DNA of 59,145 nt, filler included, from Squatina squatina (taxonomy: Eukaryota): NCBI GenBank assembly GCA_031763465.1. It is 3 parts of 3 records of this genome, joined end to end, with 100 filler letters (N's around TTAATTAATTAA, not from the genome) between each part and the next. Parts side by side here need not be neighbours in the genome. Positions count along the whole stretch, not along the records: positions 1 to 26,090 come from JARFOE010000189.1; positions 26,191 to 41,658 come from JARFOE010000004.1; 1 more part is not named here. One strand, 5' to 3'. The translations under genes were made by a program, and so were the position numbers. The notes beneath the pieces were generated by a model. It was not told the DNA's origin. It made no database searches and was given only the letters and a program-made list of their open reading frames with translations. Below are positions 25,806-36,760 of the stretch, one piece after another. Position 1 is the first letter of the stretch. The number at the start of each line of letters is the position of its first letter.

Positions 25806-26075
25806 ACAAACAAACCAATTGGGAAAGTACAGATCCACGTTGCTGACTTGTCCGAAATCCCACGGTGCAACTGTAAGCCCACCGACGACAGCCCTTGCGG
25901 CCTGGACTCGGAATGCCTAAACCGGATTCTGATGTACGAGTGCCATCCCAACGTCTGCCCAGCTGGAGAACGCTGTCAGAACCAGTGCTTCACCGAGCGA
26001 CTGTACCCCGAGACGGAACTTGTGAGAACAGAAGCACGTGGCTGGGGTCTCTGCACTAAAGTAGACATCAAAAAG
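25806..26075 (+). CDS. NSD3: NSD3 AWS domain and start of SET domain exon
   Basis: [62 protein letters not shown]…RGWGL; 270 bp, phase 0-0. Confidence 0.95.
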
Positions 26076-26090
26076 GTGATTCCTCTTTGC

Positions 26091-26190
26091 NNNNNNNNNN
26101 NNNNNNNNNNNNNNNNNNNNNNNNNNNNNNNNNNTTAATTAATTAANNNNNNNNNNNNNNNNNNNNNNNNNNNNNNNNNNNNNNNNNNNN
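26091..26190. other. Artificial scaffold linker (N44-TTAATTAATTAA-N44)
   Basis: Palindromic 12-mer with stops in all six frames, centred in 100 bp; gene content changes across it. Confidence 0.95.
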
Positions 26191-26850
26191 CTTCTCTTAG
26201 TTTGATTAGTTTATCAATTATCTCCCCCCTTTGTATTTTAAATATATTTTCTCAACTCTTCTTCGAATGTCATGTCCACCATGTTAGTCTCCCTGGTAAC
26301 TACCGAGGCAAAATAATTATTTAATATTTCTGCCATTTTTACATCATTACCTGTGAATTTATCATGTGTATCCCTATCACTATCCTGAATTTTCTTTTGT
26401 TATTTATGTGTCTGTACTATTTAATTTTCTATTCCCTAATAATTTAATTTTGTAGTTTCTGATTGTCTTCCTAATTGTTTTAACTTCTTTCCTAACCTTT
26501 TCGTATTCCCTTTTGTCATCCTCTCCTTTGTTGTCTATGTATGTGGTGTATGCCTGTTTTTAGTTTCAGTTTTGCTCTTGTTTCTTTATTCATCCATGGT
26601 GTGTCATTACCGGCTAGTTTCTTCTTGCTGTTTAGTGGGATATATTTCTCCTGGACTCTATCGATCACTGCTCTTCTATGTATATGTTTGTCAGTAAACC
26701 TTTCCAACTTACCTTACCTCGTTCCATGCTCATCCCCTCAAAATCAGCTTTTTTCCAATTTATCACTTTGGTCTTTGTCTTACATATATGTCTTTCTCAA
26801 TCTTTATCTTGAACCTTATTATGTTGTTGCCGTAAGGTTTGGAAACCAAT
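26191..26850 (-). mobile_element. Decayed CR1 LINE ORF2 fragment
   Basis: Minus strand VQEKYIPL…NDTPWMNKETRAKLKLK and LNNYFASV-like remnants. Confidence 0.65.
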
Positions 26851-29557
26851 AAATTTCAAACTTCACAAAATGGCATTTGGACCTTTGATTGAACATATCT
26901 AAACCCTCAAGTGAAAAGCATCCTTTTCCATACAATGTTAAAAACAGACAGAGCTTTACGTGTCCTAAGAGTGTGCTCTGCACTATTGGTAGTTTTATTG
27001 ACAAAATTCTTGTGCCATAACTGGGACTTTATGTGCAGCACAGGGAAGTTGTATGAACACATATCCCACTCTTCTCCTATTGAGGGAGGGAGGAGAGAGA
27101 GGAGAAAAACAGAAACATGCAATAACTCTAAGAGCAGTGACTGTGGGGTTGCCAAGCCTCCAAGTTATGATTCGGAGATTACATAGAATTATTACTGTCA
27201 ATGAGCAGTAAAGCTGTAATTTAACCGAGGGCTTTCAATGACACCATAAACCACGAGAAGAAGCTCAAGTTCTTTTTGAATCCCCTTCTGACCTTCTCAA
27301 TTAACCTACATTCTTATTACTTACTGCAAACCATCCATTACATTTATAATATGTATACACATTTAAAAATTGAGGCACTTCAAAAGTGCAAGTGCTGACC
27401 TATAGATTTTCTTTCTGAAGGAATTTGCTTATGCCATGAGAAAGCAGAATAATTTTCTGATATGTAACACAAATGTATTTAATTTAAAACAGATTGTGCA
27501 TTTATCAGGCTTAGATGTGTCAAAGCTAATGCACAACTGAGGAGCCAATCAGAAAATAACTGCAGCAGTGATGTTTAATTACCTGGTAAATGGCTATCAA
27601 GTTGCTTCTATTCCCTTACCAGCACTGACACTGGGCATGGAACAGAAGAAGAACATCAAAGGTTGGAGGCCCCCACAGCTGAATCAAGGCAGACTGTTCC
27701 TGGGACACAGGCAGGACTGTCTGGGTCCGTAACACATAGGAGTAGATGGTTCGTGGAAGTGCAAACATGTGCTCAGGAGATCTCTCACACAATACTCCTT
27801 TCATCACAGCATTGTTTAGTATATCTGAGGAAGAACACAGCACAGGACCGGCTAACAATATTACATTAAACATATTGCATGCATGCACTTCCACATTAAT
27901 AAAAGCAAATGTTGAAACCCATATACCTTTCATAAATAAAATTAATGGAAAAATAAATTGTTTTGCACATAACAATGGTAGAAAATAAGAAGGGTTTGCC
28001 TTGCTGCAGTTTTTCTTAAACAAATATGCTCATGCCTCTCACTGGCAATACAGTGCAATGTGTAAAATACACCAGCTTATGTTGCAAAATACTCCTAGAT
28101 TGGCCCAAGTGTTGGAAAGGTTGCTTTAGGAGGCCAGAGGTTTGCTATTTCTACCTGGTAAATGTTCATCATTGTAGGGCCTGGGGTTCTGCAGAGATGT
28201 CATCAGTTGAGTTTGGAGCAAGTAACACATGTTTACCAGGAGCTGTCTTGGCATTCTTTCTTACGCTCAAACATTTGCAGGACCACTGGTTCCCTTAATA
28301 TTCATTGAGCATTCCCTGGAAGTGAGTGTTAACTAGTACTAGTTAACTAGAATATTTTCCAGTAGACACATACCATCTGAACATTGAGGTAATAGTGGCC
28401 CTATTAATAAAAGGGGAGAGTACCACTTGCAAAGGCATGGATAGAAACTTGAATGTAATTAATGGCAACTTGTACTCAAGAAATACCACAACAGGTAAAA
28501 TCAGGTCTGCTTTTTCAGCTAGTGTTGGATGCTGATGTTGAGCTTGACAGGCACCAAAACTTATTGAGAGTGAAATTGGTCTTCAGTGGTAATGCAAAAC
28601 AGATGGTGGTGAATCAGTAGCTCGATTTTCTTTTCCATTGAAGTCAAATGGAACAGAAAATTGGGCTGGGTGTAAAAACTGGCAGGTGATTCACTATTGC
28701 CTTTTTTGCACTAAAATTGAAGGCCAATTTCACCCTCATCATCTGTTATCTCAGTGATGAAGCAGTGAACTGCCTACAGGCTCATCTTGACATCTCCTGT
28801 TGGTGCCTGGAAGAATGCAATGGAGTAACAGCTGANNNNNNNNNNNNNNNNNNNNNNNNNNNNNNNNNNNNNNNNNNNNNNNNNNNNNNNNNNNNNNNNN
28901 NNNNNNNNNNNNNNNNNNNNNNNNNNNNNNNNNNNGGGGGTGCATGGGAGGGTAGGCTTCAGATCGGAGCTGGGGCGGGGGGCGGGGCCGCGAGGTCATT
29001 GATTGAGGCAGGGACTGAAGACAGCCTGCAGTCAGCAGAAGGGAGGCCAAAGGTTTATTTGAGGAGCTGGGAGATACACTCCTGCTCCTCTTGGTTCAGA
29101 AGGAGTGCTGTAAAATAGCACTTACCTCCTGAAGCCAGCAAATTCCATTTTCATTTCGCTGCTGGGTTTTCCGAGCCTTGGGAAACCCAGGCAGCAGCAG
29201 TTAAGTTTAAATCAGGCTTTCAACTGTAATGTGGAAGCCCGGTTTAATTACGATAATGAAGTATCACACCACTCCAAGAAGGGACACTTGCACAGCACGC
29301 TACCCGTCGCCATAAAATGGCAATGGGCGCGTATGCGCCGGGGACCCGTTCCCCGATTTTTAGGGATCATGATTGCTGGGGACCAGCTCTGACGGTCCCC
29401 AGGTGTGGCCTGCTGTTGCTGCTTTCATTTGTTGTGCTTTTTGCTTAGTCACCAACATTTACCCTTTTGATATAGTTGTAGACATATATAGAGTTAGTGT
29501 GAAAGTTTGCTTTAGACAACATGTAAACATAAAAAAAAACTGTTACTCGATACTTAC

Positions 29558-29647
29558 AAGATGGTCATCATGTTGTCTAGTTGCTTTGCATTGGTTTGTT
29601 GGCTGTATACATCAACCTTACGTTGGCTTTGACCCAAATAAACAAAC
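29558..29647 (-). CDS. FIG4: FIG4 penultimate exon ((R)FVYLGQSQRKVDVYSQQTNAKQLDNMMTI(L))
   Basis: Similar to human RFVQLGQSQHKQDKNSQQ; CAG acceptor and GTAAGT donor; 90 bp. Confidence 0.85.
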
Positions 29648-29889
29648 CTGTTGTAAAAACATAGCAATATAAAACATTGTTTCAAATGTGGAGTCAAAAG
29701 ATAGCTGGTNNNNNNNNNNNNNNNNNNNNNNNNNNNNNNNNNNNNNNNNNNNNNNNNNNNNNNNNNNNNNNNNNNNNNNNNNNNNNNNNNNNNNNNNNNN
29801 NNNNNNNNNATTTAAAAATTAATCTGCATTCGAATTGGAGAATGTGGGCAGAGAAGGGGTTACCTAAAAGGAGTAACTAGATTACATAC

Positions 29890-30039
29890 TTAGCTGAATT
29901 TGTCATTGTCAGACAAAATGTATCATCAAACAGCTCAGCTCATATGGCCTGAAGAATTCAGTGTATACATCTATCTCTTCATCAGATTTATCAGTCTTCT
30001 TCACTACTGTCATCTTTTTAAGATTCTCTGTGCAAGGAA
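29890..30039 (-). CDS. FIG4: FIG4 exon (VPCTENLKK…[22 protein letters not shown]) with an apparent 1-nt deletion
   Basis: Matches human [31 protein letters not shown] only with a frame change at ~29930; canonical splice sites. Confidence 0.88.
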
Positions 30040-30670
30040 CTAAAGAGATGAACAGTACAGAGGAAATACTTCAGCATTGAGTTTAATTAACTGAAGAATT
30101 GTAAAACACAGTTGTAAACAATAATACTATGCAATACATTATAGATTAGTAAAGGAATACTCTCGGCTGCAGTTTTAACAAACAAACTGGTTGAATTTTA
30201 AAAATACAGCAGTCGTATATACTTGAAATCAAGAAAGGTTTAAAAAGTTACTTGGGTCAAAAGAGCCACATTTTATTTTAAAGATGCACAGTTAAAAAGG
30301 CACTGATCCAGCTTTTAAATGTTTCACAGTTTATGAATTATACAAGCTATAGCTATATGACAAACATCAAGTTCCTTAAAATAAAAGCTTTTCTACAGCA
30401 TTTTATTGTTCAAAGTATATCATTTCCTTTTTCCTTATGGTGAAGGCCAACTGCTGAGTCTGAATGTGGTAGATAAAACTAATGCATTTGGATTAAAAGA
30501 AATTATAGAGTTGACCTGTGAATGCAAATGGTTAAGTGGCTCTGTGAATTACATTTTCAATTTCTTTTTGATACGACACCATTGAATTATATATAAGCTG
30601 CCAAATATTTTTAAATTAAGAGCACCGAACTGGTCAATAACATTATAATATGCAAGTTATTTATTCCTAC

Positions 30671-30729
30671 CTTCATCATAAGGCAAAGGTAGGTTCATTA
30701 GTACCGCCTGTGTCCACCAATGGGTATAG
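30671..30729 (-). CDS. FIG4: FIG4 59-bp exon ((S)YTHWWTQAVLMNLPLPYDE)
   Basis: Human [20 protein letters not shown]; T8-AAG acceptor and GTAGG donor. Confidence 0.9.
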
Positions 30730-30839
30730 CTTAAAAAAAATGCAAAGAAAAACCATTGCCAAGTATTTACAACATTTGATATAGAATAAACTGTGGTAAA
30801 CCAAAAGTTAAAGTTTTGCTTTATCTTAAAGTTAGATAC

Positions 30840-30950
30840 AGTTATTAGGGCTAAAGAGATTAAGGGATGTGGAGAGAAAGCAGGGACAGGGTACTGAATT
30901 TGGATGATCAGCCATGATCATATTGAATGGCGGAGCAGGCTCGAGGGGCC
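30840..30950 (+). mobile_element. CR1-type LINE 3' end
   Basis: taagggatgtggagagaaagcaggg…gatcagccatgatcatattgaatggcggagcaggctcgaggggcc. Confidence 0.75.
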
Positions 30951-31463
30951 NNNNNNNNNNNNNNNNNNNNNNNNNNNNNNNNNNNNNNNNNNNNNNNNNN
31001 NNNNNNNNNNNNNNNNNNNNNNNNNNNNNNNNNNNNNNNNNNNNNNNNNNTGGAAACAGCTACTTGAAGGTAAATCAGTAGGAGGCATTCAAGGAAGAGA
31101 TAGTGAGGGTCCAGACCAAGTATGTACCCTAAAAGAAAAAGGGTGGGACTGACAAATCTCGAGACCCCTGGATGTCAAGGGGCATATAGAGTAGGATAAA
31201 GGAAAAAAGGGAAAATTGTAACAGATACAAAGGGCTCAATAGTCACTGGGGTGGGGAAGGAGTTATGGGCCGGAAAACCGGATTTCACCAAATGCCGTGG
31301 AGTTTCAACAGTAAGGTATGCGCAGATTCCAAGAAAAACGAATGAAGAAAGCCAGGTTTCCCCAATTTTTTTTGGCGAGGCGGAAAAAAATAAATAAATC
31401 AGAAAACAAAGGAAATTCAGTAAATTGAACAGCTAGAATCCATAAAAGCAACATAATGCTTAC

Positions 31464-31612
31464 CGAACAGCATCAGTGTCAAATTGGAGTCTCGGTTTAT
31501 CAATTACACCGAGTGCATACAGCTGGCACGCCAAAGCACATTTTCCCACCATAAACTGAGCAGTGTTTGTACGATCCAAACAATCAACACAGTTTGTCCT
31601 TAGAACACCAGT
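31464..31612 (-). CDS. FIG4: FIG4 catalytic Sac phosphatase exon ([49 protein letters not shown](R))
   Basis: Intact CX5R(T) motif [12 protein letters not shown]; 149 bp; canonical splice sites. Confidence 0.96.
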
Positions 31613-32580
31613 CTGAAACAGAATTTAGACAGAGCAACACTATAATAAAATATATTATGAGCATAATACATCTAGTTACCATCCATTAACATTCCAGTTC
31701 CTTTTTAGTAGACTGAAAAAGATTAGATCGTGCAACGTACCGAAGCCCTTGATTTGTCCAAAAGAATTTACATTTTAGATGCCCTGTTTTTAGTATGGAA
31801 AGAATCTGCAAATGATGAACAAACATGAAACTTATCTTTTAAAGGTACACAAAATAGGAACATCACTTGCATCATTTTTTAAGTCAAGAGACTTTTTTTG
31901 AAAAATGTCGAAACACCTCAACATTAAAATGTGGAGATACAGACAATTACCTACCACAGCAGAAGACCTAGTTGTATGGTACTGTTTTAAACTTTGTTAC
32001 AAACTGCGACAAATAAATGGCAATTGACTTAAGTGCTGCGCAAGCATTTGTTTATACATGCAGGCTTTAGAAGTACCAATGTGTGCAAAAGGATTACCTA
32101 CACGTGCAGCTAAAAGTGTTGGATTAGATTTATTTTACAAGTTTGTAAAACTGATGATAAATTAGTTTTAGTTTTTTTCAAATGAGCTTAAATTACTTCT
32201 GTATTCCCACCCCAATGATTATGGTCCAAATGGTCATATTGACAAGTTAGTTAGTAGCACTCTTGCCCAACCCGAGTCAGAAGTTTGTGGGTTCAAGCTC
32301 CATTCCTGGACCCGATAGTGTAGACTGACAAGTTTCTGCTCACAAATTTCAACTTAGTTCAGAATTAATGGCAGTCTGTGTTATATTTCTCATGACTTCC
32401 TAAATATCTTTATTTGTGCTCACAAGAGTGAGCTTGCATAGGCAAACCCACATTTTCTAGAAATTGAAACCTGATCTTGTATGTTGAATATCTGGGTTAG
32501 TAATAACCCCTTTACCATTGGTTATGCACCTAAATAGTATGGGATACCATCATATTCTCCTGATCTCTTTGGACAGGTGT

Positions 32581-32656
32581 AAAACATAGAAACATAGAAA
32601 ATAGGTGCAGGAGTAGGCCATTAGGCCCTTCGAGCCTGCACCGCCATTCAATATGA
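32581..32656 (-). mobile_element. CR1-type LINE 3' tail
   Basis: Essentially identical to 10890-10965. Confidence 0.75.
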
Positions 32657-33102
32657 NNNNNNNNNNNNNNNNNNNNNNNNNNNNNNNNNNNNNNNNNNNN
32701 NNNNNNNNNNNNNNNNNNNNNNNNNNNNNNNNNNNNNNNNNNNNNNNNNNNNNNNNCTAAAGCACCTCTCTCTTTCTCTCCTGTGCACACCCCCCACCCC
32801 CAACCTTTTTAGGTTCTATTTATACTTCATAGAACAACCGAGGAGTTTTTCCATACATAACTATAGGGAGGTCTGGCGATGAAACGGTTATAGGAATACA
32901 TAACCTACAAGGATACAGACCAAGAGCTGGGAAAGTGGGACTAGGCTGGATAGCATTTCTTTTTGGGCCAGCACAGACATGACGGGCTGAATGGCCTCCT
33001 TCTGTGCTGTAAATTTCATGATTCTGTAATAGGTCACAACAGAAAGAATAATATTTAAAATGTAAAAATATTTTATGATCATATAAAAATGAAACATATT
33101 AG

Positions 33103-33112
33103 AAAAGGATAC
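33103..33112 (-). promoter_or_regulatory. U12-type (minor spliceosome) 5' splice site GTATCCTTTT
   Basis: Exact U12 donor consensus immediately after a FIG4 exon. Confidence 0.85.
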
Positions 33113-33247
33113 TTGATTGACCACAGAATCCATGAATAATATATAACAACCAGTTATGGTGGACAGTAGCTTTGGCCTTTTCCAAGATATAGCCATTCCA
33201 AGCATATTTAAGGTAAGGCTCATTCTGAATGCCATAGTAACCAGGAG
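33113..33247 (-). CDS. FIG4: FIG4 exon ([44 protein letters not shown])
   Basis: Human EPYMKYVWNGELL…[17 protein letters not shown]; followed by a GTATCCTTTT donor. Confidence 0.93.
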
Positions 33248-33820
33248 CTGAAAATGATAAATATTTTATTACCACAACCATTTAAACATAAAATGAGTAG
33301 TAACCATAAAATAGTATATGTTACCAGCAAATCACCTGTGGTATTACTCATACACAACTTGGCATCTGAAATGGTTCCAATGTTTAATGTACTCTCATTC
33401 TGTTTTGGAGAACGTAGCACAGCAAGGGATGGAGCGGTACAGAATTTTAAAGTACTGGCCCCAAAAGTGGTAACTAGTGAGTTTTTTAACTTTTAAATAG
33501 TAAAGACCACCAATATATTCAGTACAGTTACAGACCAACAATTTCCATTAGTTACTAAGAAAACAAACTTGCATTTGCATAGCATCTTAATCTATTNNNN
33601 NNNNNNNNNNNNNNNNNNNNNNNNNNNNNNNNNNNNNNNNNNNNNNNNNNNNNNNNNNNNNNNNNNNNNNNNNNNNNNNNNNNNNNNNNNNNNNNNGGTG
33701 ATGAATAGGGTTTTAAGTTTGTGTGCGTCAGTGACTTGGTTAACTGCAGAATTGTTTCACATCTATTGTATTACAGATCAAAACCTTGTACTTGTCCTAA
33801 ATTGTTTGGTGCTCACTTAC

Positions 33821-33977
33821 CTAGCTTCATCTGGATGGGCAATTCGAACAGAGTCATTTGGAATGTAGACAACGTTGGTGTCTTCTATTTTATAAATTGA
33901 ATGGCCTCCAATATCTGCAACTTTTCTTCTTTTAGTTATTAATACAATATAATATCCTTCTAAAAATCTGACAAACC
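33821..33977 (-). CDS. FIG4: FIG4 exon ([52 protein letters not shown](R))
   Basis: Strong match to the FIG4 SacN region; 157 bp; CAG acceptor and GTAAGT donor. Confidence 0.95.
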
Positions 33978-34229
33978 CTGTGAGGAAAATATGAATCGTT
34001 AGCCTTCACCATAACTAGTTTTATATTATGACAAAAATCACATCATGCAAGACATATTTACTGAATTTTAGTCTAAATAAAAATTGTTGATGGCTCAGTG
34101 AATAAAAATATGGCACTGGATGGTATTGTGCCATGCAGAGGAGGCAGATCACAGATTCACTCTCATCTGCGCCAAGTTACCTGATTTCAGCCAGGACATT
34201 GGTTCAAGTATAACAATTAGCCTCAATAT

Positions 34230-34591
34230 CCCTGGGATTGGCAGGGTGGGAAGGGGAAAGAGAAGGTAAATAAAGGTCATGGTTAGAGATGTGGAGGGGG
34301 AAAAGAAAAGAAATGGAAGTAATCTTGCAACATGGGCTAGAAATTGGTTGGGAGGTAGGAGACAGAGTAGGGTCAAATATAGAAAATAGGAGCAGGAGTA
34401 GGCTGTTTGGCCCTTCGGGCCTGCTCCACCATTCAATATGATCATGGCTGATCATCTAACTCAGAACCATGTTCCCGTTTTCTCCTCATATCCTTTAATG
34501 CCTTTAGTATCACAAAATATATCTATCTCCTTCTTAAATATATTTAGTGACTTGGTCTCCACGGCCTTTTGTGGTAGAGAATTCCACAGGT
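34230..34591. mobile_element. CR1 fragments: plus-strand RT remnant abutting a minus-strand 3' end
   Basis: WARNWLGGRRQ on plus; LWNSLPQKAVETKSLNIFKKEID on minus. Confidence 0.8.
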
Positions 34592-34900
34592 NNNNNNNNN
34601 NNNNNNNNNNNNNNNNNNNNNNNNNNNNNNNNNNNNNNNNNNNNNNNNNNNNNNNNNNNNNNNNNNNNNNNNNNNNNNNNNNNNNNNNNNNAAATGGCAA
34701 ACACATTGCATGAAGGAATTAAGTACAGTAAAATGAGTTGTGTGTTGTGATTTATGTTTCAATAATGTTAACTTCTGTTGCCACACATAAGTGAGTAAAA
34801 GAAGGAATTGAACACCTGAAGCATGATTAAATGTAACAAAAAAAATCAAAATGTTACAAGGGGAAAGTTTTACAGCATTTCTTTTGTATTTGTTTAATAG

Positions 34901-35074
34901 TGTCCCGATTATGACTTATGTGAACGTGTGTCTGGACAACGTCAAGATCCCATAACAGGGAATATATACCAGCGAGAACAATGGAATCCAGACAAGGTAG
35001 AGAAAGATAAAAAGAAAGAAGAAACTGAGGAAGAGGAGAATGAAGTAGAAGAAGAGATGGAAGAGTTTGAAGAG
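34901..35074 (+). CDS. AK9: AK9 (adenylate kinase 9) exon (CPDYDLCERVSGQRQDPITGNIYQREQWNPDK…EEFEE)
   Basis: Human CPDYDLCQRISGQRQHNNTGYIYSRDQWDPE plus Glu-rich stretch; canonical splice sites; head-to-head with FIG4. Confidence 0.92.
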
Positions 35075-36012
35075 GTAAGCATTTATTTTCCTCTGTACTT
35101 CAGCATGTTTGCAATAATAAACTGAAAATTAAAGATGTGATTTTGTGCTCCTAGCAAGAAGCTGCACTCATTGGAAGCATGGGCTGGAGATAGGGTTACG
35201 TCTCCAATCCACAATTCATGTGAACATGGCTTCCAGCATGAAATGTGGGATTGCAGAAATTGCATATCTCGCTGTTAAAAGATGCTACAGAAGGATTCTT
35301 GAAAGATGATCTCTTTGATTTTAAATAACCTCTTAATCATTCCAGGACCCCTGTCAGCACATACTTCGTCAAAAATGTTAACCGTTTGAAATCTGTTCTA
35401 TTATACACACAATCCTGATTTCTGCCACAGTGCAAAGACATGAGCAGTGTTTGTATATGTTTGTTATAACAGATTTTTAACACCTGATATTGTAGTTCTT
35501 CCACAATTAAAGATTTTGCATATGTATATTGTAATGATGGACTGTGCTGTGGAAAGGTGATGTTCTGGCTGACCTGAGATAAGGGAGCAGGAAGTTGGGT
35601 ATATAATTCAAAATTCAGGAGGTTCTGTGGAGAGAAAAAGAGGAATGGAGACATCAGATCAAATGNNNNNNNNNNNNNNNNNNNNNNNNNNNNNNNNNNN
35701 NNNNNNNNNNNNNNNNNNNNNNNNNNNNNNNNNNNNNNNNNNNNNNNNNNNNNNNNNNNNNNNNNCACACCTGTCCATCTTGGGGAGGTTAATATCATGC
35801 CCTTCAATTCCATTTGATAATTTCCTGGTTATATTAGGTTCATTGAAGTCACTATGATGTACCCTACATGTCCTACTAATGATGGAATGTATTATTGTTA
35901 TCCTTCTCTTGCCCAGTAGAGGGTCGATAACAGATTCCTATCATTTAGCCTATCCTACGCCTATTCCGTTCAGATATGTATCTAGTGTTTATAATTTTTA
36001 TCTATTTTGCAG

Positions 36013-36193
36013 CTTTTTGGACAAAATGTATTTCCTTTCATCTGAAGAAGCTTTGAATAAGTTTGTCTCCAATCCTCGGCCATATCTTCTCCCTCCACAG
36101 CCTTACCCACCTTGTAAAGTTGCAATATTGGGTCCAACGTCTATTGGAAAGACCACTCTCTGCAAATTGATTGCACAAAAATTTGATGCAAAG
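36013..36193 (+). CDS. AK9: AK9 exon with P-loop (FLDKMYFLSSEEALNKFVSNPRPYLLPPQPYPPCKVAILGPTSIGKTTLC)
   Basis: GxxxxGKT motif; human SSEEALKPFLLNPRPYLLPPMPGPPCKVFILGPQYSGKTTLC. Confidence 0.94.
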
Positions 36194-36550
36194 GTAAAAT
36201 GATGCACAGCTCCTTTCTATGCCATGTGGTTATTATGTACAATTTATCCACTTATATATTGATTTACTTGTAACTTTGTTTGCAACAGCGTTGACGCCCA
36301 TTATCAATGTCTCTTTGAGGCCCCTCTTCTAGGTGAGAATTTAGGTATCTTGATAATCATGACCACCTCTTTCTAGCAGCCAATTTACGGAGGCATGGAA
36401 TTAGTCACAAGTGAGACTAGCAGATTTGAATATCGAGCAGCTCTGTGATTNNNNNNNNNNNNNNNNNNNNNNNNNNNNNNNNNNNNNNNNNNNNNNNNNN
36501 NNNNNNNNNNNNNNNNNNNNNNNNNNNNNNNNNNNNNNNNNNNNNNNNNN

Positions 36551-36760
36551 GAAGATCTGGCTCAGAAAAAGAACAGGCAGATGGGCGAAAGTAAACATTA
36601 CTGCCCTGTGGCTTTAAAAGAAAATGTAGTTATTTTTCCAGGTGATCGAGAATGTGCTGCTAGGTATCGAGAAAAATACTATTATTTTTCTAATCCAGAT
36701 GCTCGATCGAAGTTTTTACAAAATCCAGAAGACTATATAAATAAAACAGAACCTCTAAAG
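36551..36760 (+). CDS. AK9: AK9 exon, 5' end in gap (…GESKHYCPVALKENVVIFPGDRECAARYREKYYYFSNPDARSKFLQNPEDY…EPLK)
   Basis: YHS-like repeat; human GDTKHFCPVVLKENFILQPG…AKYREKIYYFSS; GTAATG donor. Confidence 0.92.

Noticed and set aside
1-26090. Extreme gene compaction or loss of most FGFR1, NSD3 and TACC1 exons
   Set aside because: Missing exons coincide with placeholder gaps; this is assembly incompleteness, not biology
26135-26146. Perfect palindrome TTAATTAATTAA (also 41703-41714) as a regulatory or recombination site
   Set aside because: Centred in N44 flanks with stops in six frames; an artificial concatenation linker
33336-33399. Possible extra FIG4 cassette exon on the minus strand (NESTLNIGTISDAKLCMSNTT)
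   Set aside because: 64 nt is not frame-preserving between the expected phase-1 junctions and shows no FIG4 similarity
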